Below, piece by piece: positions 17,567 through 26,230 of a stretch of 64,000 nucleotides of DNA. The number at the start of each line of letters is the position of its first letter. The first letter of the stretch is position 1. This DNA comes from Candidatus Caldarchaeum sp. (GTDB lineage: Archaea > Thermoproteota > Nitrososphaeria_A > Caldarchaeales > Caldarchaeaceae), in NCBI GenBank assembly GCA_038885755.1, contig JAVZZH010000001.1, positions 224,001-288,000 on the forward strand. The letters run 5' to 3'. A program made the translations under genes and the position numbers. The notes under the pieces are model-generated. The model had not been told where the DNA came from and did no database searches. It saw only the letters and a program-made list of their open reading frames with translations.

Positions 17567-18175
17567 ATGCGTGTAAGGATATACCCGCTAGCCCTAGCTA
17601 AGATTGTCAAGCATTCAACCACCTTCCTGAACAAGGAGGTTGCCGGGCTGCTGGTGGGTAAGTCGGCGGGGAAGGTCCTCGAAGTGTGGGACGCCGTGAC
17701 CGGGGAGCAGTACGGAACCGCCGCCTACGTCCATCTCGACGAGGCTGTGATGTCTCGTGTTGCGGAGCAGCTTTCTGAGGATGGTAAAGGCCTTTACATA
17801 GTGGGATGGTATCATTCACACCCCGGGTTGACGGTTTTCCTATCTCCCACCGACATAGACACTCAGAAACGTTATCAGAGCATTTATCCCAAGGCCGTGG
17901 CCTTGGTGATAGACCCGTCCAAGTATGTCGAGACACGTAGGATCTCGTCGATCGACTTCAAAGTCTTCCAGATATCGAAGGAGGGGAAAGTGGTGTCCCT
18001 GCCCGTGTCTATAGGAGTTCAGAGGTCTAAGCTGCTGGAGAGCACTTTCCATGCTTTGAGCACTTTTGATGTGAGGCATCTACTCCAGCAGTCGGAGGGT
18101 ATGACTGAGAGCGGTCCGCAAGCCGGTGAAGACGGAAGCTTGCTGGGAAAAGCTAAAAAGCTGTTCGGAAGATGA
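17567..18175 (+). CDS. rpn11l: Rpn11-like JAMM/MPN+ metalloprotease (deubiquitinase, pro-Ub processing)
   Basis: EVAGLLVG and GWYHSHPG...FLSPTD JAMM motif. ATG 17567 preferred over TTG 17558 from TATA spacing. Confidence 0.95.
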   Translation: MRVRIYPLALAKIVKHSTTFLNKEVAGLLVGKSAGKVLEVWDAVTGEQYGTAAYVHLDEAVMSRVAEQLSEDGKGLYIVGWYHSHPGLTVFLSPTDIDTQKRYQSIYPKAVALVIDPSKYVETRRISSIDFKVFQISKEGKVVSLPVSIGVQRSKLLESTFHALSTFDVRHLLQQSEGMTESGPQAGEDGSLLGKAKKLFGR

Positions 18176-18188
18176 GGAGGGAGACGCG

Positions 18189-18962
18189 TTGCCTAAGAAA
18201 ATCGTGCTGAAGATAAAGCATGAACAGCAGCAGGAGCAGCCGGAGGTCGAGCCAGCCCAGCAACAACCTATTGAGGTGCCGGCCGTCGCCGAGCCCGAGC
18301 CTGCACCACCTCAGCAAGCTCCTCAGCCGGGAGACCTTGAGGAAGCCCTGAAGCAGTACCAGGACTTGATGAAAGAGCTTGAGCTGATCAAGAACCTCGA
18401 CAAGAACTTCATAGCCTACTGCGTAAAGCTCGAAGACCTTAGGCCTAACCTTATCAGGAGCATTCTGGGGCGTTTGTCGGAGAAGCGCAACGCTTTGCTG
18501 GAGAGATCTGCCGCGGTGCTGGAGAGTATGAAGGCTGTGCGGGATTCGTTGGGGTCGGAGTTTGCTGAGGTTGAGGAGGAGCTCATTTGGAGCAGCATAG
18601 AGCTCAACACGATGCAGCTAGAGGGCTCCAAGGCTGATGCTGCAAGGGTTGGTCTGAAAGAGGAGCTTGAGGCCAAAATACCCGAGCTCCGGAAGAAGCT
18701 CACCAACCTGAGGAACAGGCTGAAGATGGTCGAGGACGTTGTCAAGCAGCTGTCCGAACTTCCACGAAACATAGTCGAACTGACTACCAGCAAGGAGGAC
18801 ATAGCTAAGCTGTTTGAGGATGCAAAGAAGAGGTATATTCTGACGCATGGCCAGAGGGCGGAGGCTGTGCTTAGGGCCGAGATAGACAGGGTTGCCCAGC
18901 AGGAAGCCATTCCCAGAGAATACGCCACGCTGCTTGTCTGGAAGGCCTCGCTCCAGCGTTAA
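18189..18962 (+). CDS. coiled-coil protein with P/Q/E-rich disordered N-terminus
   Basis: TTG start preceded by GAGGAGGGAG, 13 nt after rpn11; long helical heptad region. Confidence 0.78.
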   Translation: MPKKIVLKIKHEQQQEQPEVEPAQQQPIEVPAVAEPEPAPPQQAPQPGDLEEALKQYQDLMKELELIKNLDKNFIAYCVKLEDLRPNLIRSILGRLSEKRNALLERSAAVLESMKAVRDSLGSEFAEVEEELIWSSIELNTMQLEGSKADAARVGLKEELEAKIPELRKKLTNLRNRLKMVEDVVKQLSELPRNIVELTTSKEDIAKLFEDAKKRYILTHGQRAEAVLRAEIDRVAQQEAIPREYATLLVWKASLQR

Positions 18963-19366
18963 ACCACAGGCCTGAACTTCACCCCGTACACTATTAGAGT
19001 TGAGTCGCTGTCCCACCTAAGCCTTCTGACAACAGCTTCAACAGGTATGCCTGGTTTCAGGTCTTGAGGATTGCAGTCAGTAAGCTGGCCTACGACTCTA
19101 GTTCCGTCATCCATCTCTACCAAACCCACGGCGAAAGGCGTGCTGTTTTCAAACCCTCCTTGGGCTTGGTACACAACAGTGAACTGCACGAGCCTGCCGG
19201 TGTTGTTCAGCCTGTCGGAGTCCAGCCTTTTTGAGGAGCATCTACGGCATGCAAGCCTCTTCAACGGATGGAAGTGGCCGCAGACGGAGCAGCGGCTTCC
19301 CTCAAGGCGGTAGATGAACGGTCTGAGCCGCCAGTAAACGGGAGGTCTGGACGCCACGATGTTCAC
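18959..19366 (-). CDS. DUF35 Zn-ribbon/OB-fold protein (thiolase-HMGS scaffold)
   Basis: CSVC...CRRC, G.L..FTVV and YGVKFRP motifs; last gene of the HMGS-thiolase operon. Confidence 0.92.
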   Translation of the reverse strand: MNIVASRPPVYWRLRPFIYRLEGSRCSVCGHFHPLKRLACRRCSSKRLDSDRLNNTGRLVQFTVVYQAQGGFENSTPFAVGLVEMDDGTRVVGQLTDCNPQDLKPGIPVEAVVRRLRWDSDSTLIVYGVKFRPVV

Positions 19367-20526
19367 CTAAGGCTCTCTAGGACTACTGCGCCTGCGCTGG
19401 ACCCTAGGCCGGCGATGGACACGACCATGCCTTTCTCAGCTCTGTCCACTTGGTTCTTGGCTGCGTTTTGCGTGAGCTGCATGAAAGCCTCGACCAAGGC
19501 GTACACTCCCGAGGCCCCTGCCGGATGGCCTCTCCCTTTCAAGCCTCCGAAAGTGTTTATCGGGAGATCACCGCTTAGGCTGAACCTACCCTTCTCAGCC
19601 TCAAGGCAGGCTCTCCCCCTCTCCGCAAGCCCGAGAGATTCGAGGATGAGCGGGGTCATAATGCTGTAGGATTCGTGGAGCTCTATGAAGTCAAGGTCCC
19701 TTCCCCTTAGACCGGCCATCTCCAGTGCTCTTCTTCCAGCCGTGCTGACCGAGCTCAACTCAAGGGGGTCTTCTCTGTCGAACGGAACTAGAAAGTCTGT
19801 CGAGAAGCTTGCTCCTGTGAGGAGGCATTTGTGGCCGTCGATTTTGCTGGCGAGGTCTTCGGACACGACTATTATGGCGGCGGCTCCGTCGGCTGGCGCG
19901 GTAGTTTCGAGCCTGCGCAGAGGCTCCGCCACGTAGGGTGAGTTCATGACTGTTTGAAGGTTTAGCTTGAACTGGTATTGTGCGTGAGGGCATGTAGAGG
20001 AGTGTTCATGGCTCAGAACGGGGAAGTATGCTACGTTTTCTGGTAGAAGCTTGTATCTCGATAGGTACTCTTTGTAGAGGAGGGCGGCTTGGGCTAGCTG
20101 GCTTACTCCGAGGAACCCGGTGCATTCCTGCCTCTCCTCCATCGTAAGAAGGCTTAGGGCCTCCTCAGCCGTTCCATCCGACATCTTCTCTACGCCGACA
20201 ACCATAGCGGCTTTCGAAACCCCCATCATCACGGCTGCAGCAGCGGAGTAGAGGGCCATCAACCCAGACACGCCGCCGGCCTCGACACGAGTCGCGGCAA
20301 CGTTCCTTAGCCCCAGCTCCTCCGCTAGAACCGACCCTAGATTAACCTGTTCTTGAAGCTTCTCGCCGTAGACGTTCGCGACGTAGACATGGTCGACTGA
20401 GGAGAGGCCTGAGCCCTCCAAGGCTTTCAACCCCGCTTCAGCCATCATCTCGGCCAAGCTCCTGTCCCAGTGTTCATCGACTTTGAGGACTGAACCCCCG
20501 CAGACGACTGCTTTCAACCTGCTCAC
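19363..20526 (-). CDS. thiolase-family protein (acetoacetyl-CoA thiolase position; catalytic Cys not evident)
   Basis: VGVEKM, DGAAA and INTFGGLKGRGHPAGASG motifs; GTG at 20526 overlaps the HMGS stop. Confidence 0.88.
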   Translation of the reverse strand: MSRLKAVVCGGSVLKVDEHWDRSLAEMMAEAGLKALEGSGLSSVDHVYVANVYGEKLQEQVNLGSVLAEELGLRNVAATRVEAGGVSGLMALYSAAAAVMMGVSKAAMVVGVEKMSDGTAEEALSLLTMEERQECTGFLGVSQLAQAALLYKEYLSRYKLLPENVAYFPVLSHEHSSTCPHAQYQFKLNLQTVMNSPYVAEPLRRLETTAPADGAAAIIVVSEDLASKIDGHKCLLTGASFSTDFLVPFDREDPLELSSVSTAGRRALEMAGLRGRDLDFIELHESYSIMTPLILESLGLAERGRACLEAEKGRFSLSGDLPINTFGGLKGRGHPAGASGVYALVEAFMQLTQNAAKNQVDRAEKGMVVSIAGLGSSAGAVVLESLR

Positions 20527-21569
20527 ATCCGGATCTTGTCTCTGTACTTTAGGTATGTTGCGTAGTCTATTTCTGTCCTCCTGCTGAGCATCTGGGCGTA
20601 GGTGGGGGCCCTGTTTCGCCTCTCGACAACGCCGTCGCAGACGGTCAGGACGAATGAGTCGCTGCCAGCTCCCGAGCCGTAGGATGTGGCCAGTATTCTC
20701 TGTCCCGGTGAAGCTATGTCTAGTATCTTTGCGAGGGCCAGCATGGAGCACGCTGCATAGGTGTTTCCGACCATGTCGGCCACAAGCCCGGGCAGTATCT
20801 TCGAGCTCGGTATTGACAAGACCTTGGCAACTGCAAGCGGGAACTTGACGTTGGGCTGGTGGAAGGCGAAGTAGTCTATGTCGTTGACTGAGAAACCGTT
20901 TTCAGCGAGAATGGTGTTGACAGCCGAGATGGTGTGGTGGAAGTATGCAGGCTCACCCGTGAACCTTGACGCATGAACGGGATATCTCTCGTAGCTTCTG
21001 CGCCAAAAATCAGGAGTGTCCGAGACAAATGAAACAGAGTACTCAAACCGAGCTATACAGTTGTTGGTGTTAGGCCCTATGACAAAGGCAGCCGCCCCGC
21101 TGGCCGCTGTGTACTCGAGGGCGTCGCCCGGCCTTCCCTGAGCTGTGTCGGCACCAATCGCAATCCCGTACTCTATCCTGCCTGCTTCGACCAGTGCTGT
21201 GATGAACTGTACAGCCTCCGTCCCCGCCTTGCATGCAAACTCCAAGTCGGCGGAGGTAGTGCTTCTTGAAACGCCGAGTATCTCTGCGACGAGCGTCCCG
21301 GTGGGCTTGACTGCGTAGGGTTTCGACTCTGTCCCGACGTGGACGGCGGCTATCCTCGACGGGTCTATTCCCGCCCTCCTCAACGCATACCTGGCTGCTT
21401 CAACAGACATCGTCACGGTGTCTTCGTCGAGTCCAGCCACGGCCTTCTCCTTGACCGGAAGGTCTGCAGGGTTCTTGCCCCAGACCCTAGCCAGCTCCTC
21501 GCCCTTCAGCCTGAACCTGGGGAGGTATATGCCGTATCCATGGATGGCTGCGTTGCTGATTCTGGGCAT
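20523..21569 (-). CDS. hmgS: hydroxymethylglutaryl-CoA synthase
   Basis: VGTESKPYAVKP, DLEFACKAGT, FHQPN, GNTY and SYGSGAGSD motifs. Confidence 0.96.
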   Translation of the reverse strand: MPRISNAAIHGYGIYLPRFRLKGEELARVWGKNPADLPVKEKAVAGLDEDTVTMSVEAARYALRRAGIDPSRIAAVHVGTESKPYAVKPTGTLVAEILGVSRSTTSADLEFACKAGTEAVQFITALVEAGRIEYGIAIGADTAQGRPGDALEYTAASGAAAFVIGPNTNNCIARFEYSVSFVSDTPDFWRRSYERYPVHASRFTGEPAYFHHTISAVNTILAENGFSVNDIDYFAFHQPNVKFPLAVAKVLSIPSSKILPGLVADMVGNTYAACSMLALAKILDIASPGQRILATSYGSGAGSDSFVLTVCDGVVERRNRAPTYAQMLSRRTEIDYATYLKYRDKIRM

Positions 21570-21680
21570 CTGGGTGTTGGTGCTGTAGGGTTGTATTAAA
21601 GTCTCTTGCATATGCGGTTTTCGACGTTTGTCTAACCGTTATAGATTAAAGCCGATAAGCTGTTTAAGGCCCCGAGAGCG

Positions 21681-22130
21681 ATGAGCCAAGACTTGGACGA
21701 AAAAGACCGTAAGATCATAGAGGAGCTGATGGAGAACGCCGAGCAGTCGATTACGGAGCTGGCCGCCAAGCTACGGATACCACGTACAACGGTCCATGAG
21801 AGGGTTAAAAGGCTGAAACAGCTGGGAGTGATCAAGAAATACACTATTCAGGTTAACTACGCCAAGCTCGGCAAGCCTGCGACAGCTTTCATCCTTATAT
21901 CTTTTGAGCAGGGAGCGATGTCCCAGAAGAAGCTGGCCCAGGAGATCGCCAAGCTGCCGGAGGTGGTTGAAGCCCATCTCATAACAGGCGAGTGGGACAT
22001 CCTTGTCAAGGTTCGGACCGACTCGATGCAGTCGATCGGGTCTCTAGTAGTCGACAAGCTCAGGATGATGGAGGGGGTTGGAAAAACAATGACCTGCGTC
22101 TCCTTCTTCGCTGTAAAGGAATCCTCCTGA
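21681..22130 (+). CDS. Lrp/AsnC family transcriptional regulator
   Basis: LDEKDRKII..L, HTH TV.ERV.RL...GVI, C-terminal ITGEWD. Confidence 0.93.
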   Translation: MSQDLDEKDRKIIEELMENAEQSITELAAKLRIPRTTVHERVKRLKQLGVIKKYTIQVNYAKLGKPATAFILISFEQGAMSQKKLAQEIAKLPEVVEAHLITGEWDILVKVRTDSMQSIGSLVVDKLRMMEGVGKTMTCVSFFAVKESS

Positions 22131-22131
22131 G

Positions 22132-22923
22132 ATGGTCCTCGAAAGAGTTAGGGGTTTGGTCATAGACCTCGACGGCTGTGTCTACGTCGGCGACAAGCCG
22201 GTTGAAGGGGCTGCTGAAGCAATCAAACAGCTGAGGAGGACAGGGGTGCGAATAGTCTTCCTGACTAACAACTCGACACTGACAAGGCTGCAGTACGTGG
22301 AGAAGCTTTCCCGGATGGGTGTCGAAGCCTATACTGAAGAGGTGCTGACGTCAGGCGTTGTCGCGGCTAGGTTCATCGCATCCAGACAACCAAGGTCCAG
22401 CTGCTTAGCCGTGGCTGAAGATGGGTTCATCCTGGAGGCTCAGCCTCTAGGTCTTAGAATCATCGACCCGGGTGAGTGGAGGAGAGCGGACTACGTGGTC
22501 GTCGGGCTGGACAGGAAGCTGTCGTATGAAAAGCTGGCTAAAGCATCCCTAGCCATACGAGCCGGAGCCTTCTTCCTAGCCACAAACCTCGACAACGTCT
22601 ATCCGTCGGAGGAGGGTTTTTACCCCGGGGCAGGGTCGATCGCCGCACTGCTGTCGACGGCCACAGGCGTCCAGCCCTACTCTGTTGGGAAACCATCCAA
22701 GGAGATGTCCAGACAGGCGCTGGAGCTGCTGAGGCTTTCGGCTGACGAGGTGGTGTTTGTCGGCGACAGGGTTGACACGGACGTTGCCGCGGCGAGGGCC
22801 GTGGGTTGCAGGAGCATCCTCGTCAAAACAGGTGCATACTCCCTGTTCAGCAAGGACACGTCTGACGCCGACTTGGTGGTCGAAAGCATAGCCAAGGTTC
22901 CTGAAGTTCTGTCGGTCAAGTAA
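22132..22923 (+). CDS. HAD-IIA (NagD-like) phosphatase
   Basis: DLDGC, LTNNS, GKP and VGDRVDTD motifs. Confidence 0.93.
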   Translation: MVLERVRGLVIDLDGCVYVGDKPVEGAAEAIKQLRRTGVRIVFLTNNSTLTRLQYVEKLSRMGVEAYTEEVLTSGVVAARFIASRQPRSSCLAVAEDGFILEAQPLGLRIIDPGEWRRADYVVVGLDRKLSYEKLAKASLAIRAGAFFLATNLDNVYPSEEGFYPGAGSIAALLSTATGVQPYSVGKPSKEMSRQALELLRLSADEVVFVGDRVDTDVAAARAVGCRSILVKTGAYSLFSKDTSDADLVVESIAKVPEVLSVK

Positions 22924-22956
22924 ATCTTTTATTCCTCCAGCTGTTTAACAATATCG

Positions 22957-23340
22957 TTGGAAACTATCAAAGTCTCAGAGATAATGTCTCGAAAACTGGT
23001 GAAGGCGCGGGAGGATGAAACTCTTGCCGAGGTCGGGGTGAAGATGCTTGAGTCCAAGGTCAGCAGCGTGGTGATAACGTCGGACGACAAGGTCGAGGGA
23101 ATAGTGACGGAGAAGGATTACGTGAAGTTCTTCACGTTGAGGGTTTCGCCCGACGAGAAGGTTGGGAACTACATGACTAGGAACGTCATAACCGTTAAGG
23201 AGGAGGTCTCTCTCAACACGGCGAGGAACATCATGGTTTCGAACAGGATAAGACACCTGCCCGTCGTTGACGAGAAGGGAAGGGCGGTGGGCATGGTCAC
23301 CGCCAGAGACATCATAGAATCCGTTGAGACACTTATCTGA
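22957..23340 (+). CDS. CBS-pair domain protein
   Basis: V.EIMS, GIVTEKD and IRHLPVVD..G..VGMVT.RD motifs. Confidence 0.92.
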   Translation: METIKVSEIMSRKLVKAREDETLAEVGVKMLESKVSSVVITSDDKVEGIVTEKDYVKFFTLRVSPDEKVGNYMTRNVITVKEEVSLNTARNIMVSNRIRHLPVVDEKGRAVGMVTARDIIESVETLI

Positions 23341-23396
23341 GGGCTCAGATACCCCAGAGTCTCTCACAGGTCAACCCTAGTTAATCATCATCGCCC
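23341..23396 (-). ncRNA. C/D-box small RNA (2'-O-methylation guide), candidate
   Basis: Minus strand reads GGGCG-ATGATGA(C)-TTAACTAGGG-TTGA(D')-CC-TGTGA(C')-GAGACTCTGGGGTAT-CTGA(D)-GCCC. Terminal GGGC/GCCC stem; TTTAAT ~25 nt upstream. Confidence 0.8.
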
Positions 23397-23431
23397 ACCG
23401 GCACGACGGGAAGCCGTTGATTAAACCTTAC

Positions 23432-25888
23432 TCAGCCCAGCTTACCCTCCACACGGTACAGCCTTTCCGAGATCCTTCTGTTCTCGTCCCTTACCTTCTC
23501 AATCTCCTCCCTCAAAGCCTTGTACTCGACCCCCTTCTCCAGCTGTTCTCTAATCTTCCTAGCCACCTCTCTGGCGTTCCTGCTAACCCTGCCGTTTAAA
23601 TCCTGCTCAGCCAATCTGTCCAGCGTCTTTAGAAGCCTGCTGTCCATCAACTCTCTGGCGGCGGACACGACCGCTCCCCTCACCCTCTCGTTAGGGTCGT
23701 ATGAAAGCTTCTCAAGCCTTTCAAACACCTCTTGCCTGTCTGGGAACTTCGCCAACCCCGCTATCGCCGCCAGCCGCACGGGAGTGGGGTGCGACGGCTC
23801 TGTTCTTCCAGCAACGTATGTGAACGCCTCGTCAGTTCCCAACTCTGAAAGGCCCGCAACCGCTCCGCATGCCACTGCGTGGGCGTGAGACTCGTAGCCG
23901 AGGGCTTTTATCAGAGCCGGTAGGTTTTCGGGATTTTTGAGCCTGCCGAGGCTTATGCACGCCGCCTGCCTTACGTAGTAGGACTCGGATGCGTCGTCGA
24001 TTATCTTCTTCAGGGCTTCCTCCACCTGACCATCCTTCTCGAAACTGCCCAGAGCCTCCACCACTCCACGCCTCACTTTGGGATGTTTGACCTCGTCAAG
24101 GCATCTGAGAAGAGCGTGCTTCGCTTCCTCGGACTTTATCTGGCCCAAGGCTTTCGCCGCTTGGTAGCTGACTCCCCAGAAGCTGTCGTGCTTGACAACT
24201 TTTTCCAACCTCTCAACAACCCGCCTCCCTCCCTGCCTGCCGAGGAACTCGACAGTTTCAAGCCTGCAGACAACGCTACCGCATTCGCCGACGGCTTTCA
24301 ACGCTTCTTCGACAGGTCTCTCTACGCTGACAGCCCTGAGCAGCTTGAGCCAAGGGTCCACGCATACGTGCGAAGGCTTTGTCTTGAGCGGAAACTGTAG
24401 AGAAACCTCTCTGACGTCCAGAGGTATCTTGCGGACAATCTTCTCGTCGCCAGCCGTAATCTCAACCTCGAGCTCCAAGTCGTAGGTCTCCGGGCAGTCG
24501 GCGCCTTGAACCTGCTTGACGTTTAGCCTGAGTAGCTGGTTCTCCGAGTCCCATCTGTAGCTGATGTTAAGGGAGGGGTGGCCGGCTGAATAGACCAGCT
24601 GCTCGAACAGATGCTCGAGCGACGTTCCAGCCTCATGCTCCAAAGCCTTGCGCAGGTCCTCTGTGTCAGCCGTCGAGAACTGATGTTTCTTCAGGAAGTG
24701 GCTAAGGCCTTTTCTAAACCTCTCCTCGCCCACCACGTTGCTTATCGTGTGGAGGACGAGACCACCCTTGGGGTATGCGTGGCGGTCGAACAGCTCGTCG
24801 GGAGTCTTGTAAAGCCTGAAGACTACAGGCCTTGAGTATCTCCGCTGGTATTCGTCAAGGTAGGACTTGAGGTCGCTGTAGAGCTCGTACAGGAACTCGT
24901 CGTTTCCCTTGTCGTGTCTCACGTAGAGGTTCTCGAGATATGTTGCGAACGACTCGTTGAGCCAGATGTGGGACCAGTCTCTGCAAGTCACGAGGTCGCC
25001 GAACCACTGATGAGCTAGTTCGTGCGCTACGAGAGGGTCGCTGGAGAAGTCCATGTGCGCGTGGTCGTCGTGGAGGGTCAGGTCTGTGAGCGTGGTTGCC
25101 GTCGTGTTTTCCATGCCTCCTACGACGAACTCTGGAACGCATATCTGCTTGTAGGACTTGTAGGGATACGGGTAGTCTAGGTACTGGCTGAAGAACCTGA
25201 TGATGTCGGCTGTCTTGCTGAAGGAGTTTTTGATGTATCTTCCCATTCCCCTTGGGACGTAGTATCCAAGCTTCACGCCGTCAAAGTTTTCCTCCATTTT
25301 GTCGAAGACGCCGGCGACGAAGCTCATCAAGTACGATGTGTGAGGCACGTCCAGCAACCAGTGCCACGTGCTCGCGTCTTTCCCTCTCTCGACGTTTACC
25401 AGCTCTCCGTTCGATACGACTTCGAGAGGCTCGGGAACGGTCGCAACAAGCTCGGTGCTGAACTTCATGTTTGGGTAGTCGTAGACGGGCATCCAGTAGC
25501 GGTTGTACTCGGGCTCGCCATGGCTCCACACGAAGGCTCTGCTCCTATCCTCCGGCGTGATGAAGTAGAGCCCTGTACGTGGCCAAGCTCTGTAGTGGAC
25601 CGACAGCTTGTGTTCCTGTCTAGAGGGTAGAGTTATTCGGAGGGTCTTGCCGTCGTAGTCGTAGCTTCCTCCCTCAACCCTAGTGACCTCCATCTCCACC
25701 GCGTCAAGCTCGACTTGGTCGCTGGAGTTTTGAAGCGTTATGGCGGCTTTCCCGTCGACCCTTCTGTCGTCAAGGTCTAGTGAGATCTCGAGTCTGTAGT
25801 GGCTGATCTTGAAAGACGGTCTTCTCGGATAACGTGGCCTGTAGTCAGGGAAGATGAAATCTCTTCCGGCTTTCAGGTAGGGATGCAA
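23432..25888 (-). CDS. M1-family aminopeptidase with C-terminal HEAT repeats and coiled coil
   Basis: GGMEN, HELAHQW-x-LNE and Y.KG motifs; HEAT-like VR..A..ALG repeats. Confidence 0.93.
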   Translation of the reverse strand: MHPYLKAGRDFIFPDYRPRYPRRPSFKISHYRLEISLDLDDRRVDGKAAITLQNSSDQVELDAVEMEVTRVEGGSYDYDGKTLRITLPSRQEHKLSVHYRAWPRTGLYFITPEDRSRAFVWSHGEPEYNRYWMPVYDYPNMKFSTELVATVPEPLEVVSNGELVNVERGKDASTWHWLLDVPHTSYLMSFVAGVFDKMEENFDGVKLGYYVPRGMGRYIKNSFSKTADIIRFFSQYLDYPYPYKSYKQICVPEFVVGGMENTTATTLTDLTLHDDHAHMDFSSDPLVAHELAHQWFGDLVTCRDWSHIWLNESFATYLENLYVRHDKGNDEFLYELYSDLKSYLDEYQRRYSRPVVFRLYKTPDELFDRHAYPKGGLVLHTISNVVGEERFRKGLSHFLKKHQFSTADTEDLRKALEHEAGTSLEHLFEQLVYSAGHPSLNISYRWDSENQLLRLNVKQVQGADCPETYDLELEVEITAGDEKIVRKIPLDVREVSLQFPLKTKPSHVCVDPWLKLLRAVSVERPVEEALKAVGECGSVVCRLETVEFLGRQGGRRVVERLEKVVKHDSFWGVSYQAAKALGQIKSEEAKHALLRCLDEVKHPKVRRGVVEALGSFEKDGQVEEALKKIIDDASESYYVRQAACISLGRLKNPENLPALIKALGYESHAHAVACGAVAGLSELGTDEAFTYVAGRTEPSHPTPVRLAAIAGLAKFPDRQEVFERLEKLSYDPNERVRGAVVSAARELMDSRLLKTLDRLAEQDLNGRVSRNAREVARKIREQLEKGVEYKALREEIEKVRDENRRISERLYRVEGKLG

Positions 25889-25957
25889 ACCTGCTCTTGT
25901 GGGAGTGGTTCTGGTGATGCTTTATATCTTTACACGGTCAATCATGTGCGGAGCTAG

Positions 25958-26167
25958 ATGAGCGGGGAGAGGGTTTATGAATCTGTGATGGCTTTTCTGA
26001 CTTCAAAATACGGGCCGGTTGAGCTAGAGCTGTCAAGGACTTATGAGCGTCGGGACGTGGTGGAGGTTGCAGGCAAGTTCAGGCTTGAGAGTGGGGGTGG
26101 TTGGAGGAGGTTCACGCTGCTGCTCAGCAGAGAAAACATGGAGGTAGTAGGGTTCGGCATGAGATGA
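25958..26167 (+). CDS. hypothetical protein
   Basis: 69-aa ORF with GGAG upstream and TATA-like TTTATA; divergent from the aminopeptidase. Confidence 0.6.
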   Translation: MSGERVYESVMAFLTSKYGPVELELSRTYERRDVVEVAGKFRLESGGGWRRFTLLLSRENMEVVGFGMR

Positions 26168-26230
26168 CAACGCAGGGGCTGGGAGTTTATGTTTTTATCT
26201 GCGGCTTCACAAACCAGTGACGATGACTGT

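Noticed and set aside
15277-18175. Core Ub-E2-E1-srfp-Rpn11 genes as a novel system
   Set aside because: Already described and reconstituted for Ca. Caldarchaeum subterraneum; only the flanking genes and extra features are flagged as new.
19363-20751. 462-aa thiolase ORF as listed in the ORF track
   Set aside because: The first 75 codons overlap HMG-CoA synthase; GTG 20526 coupled to the HMGS stop is the plausible start.
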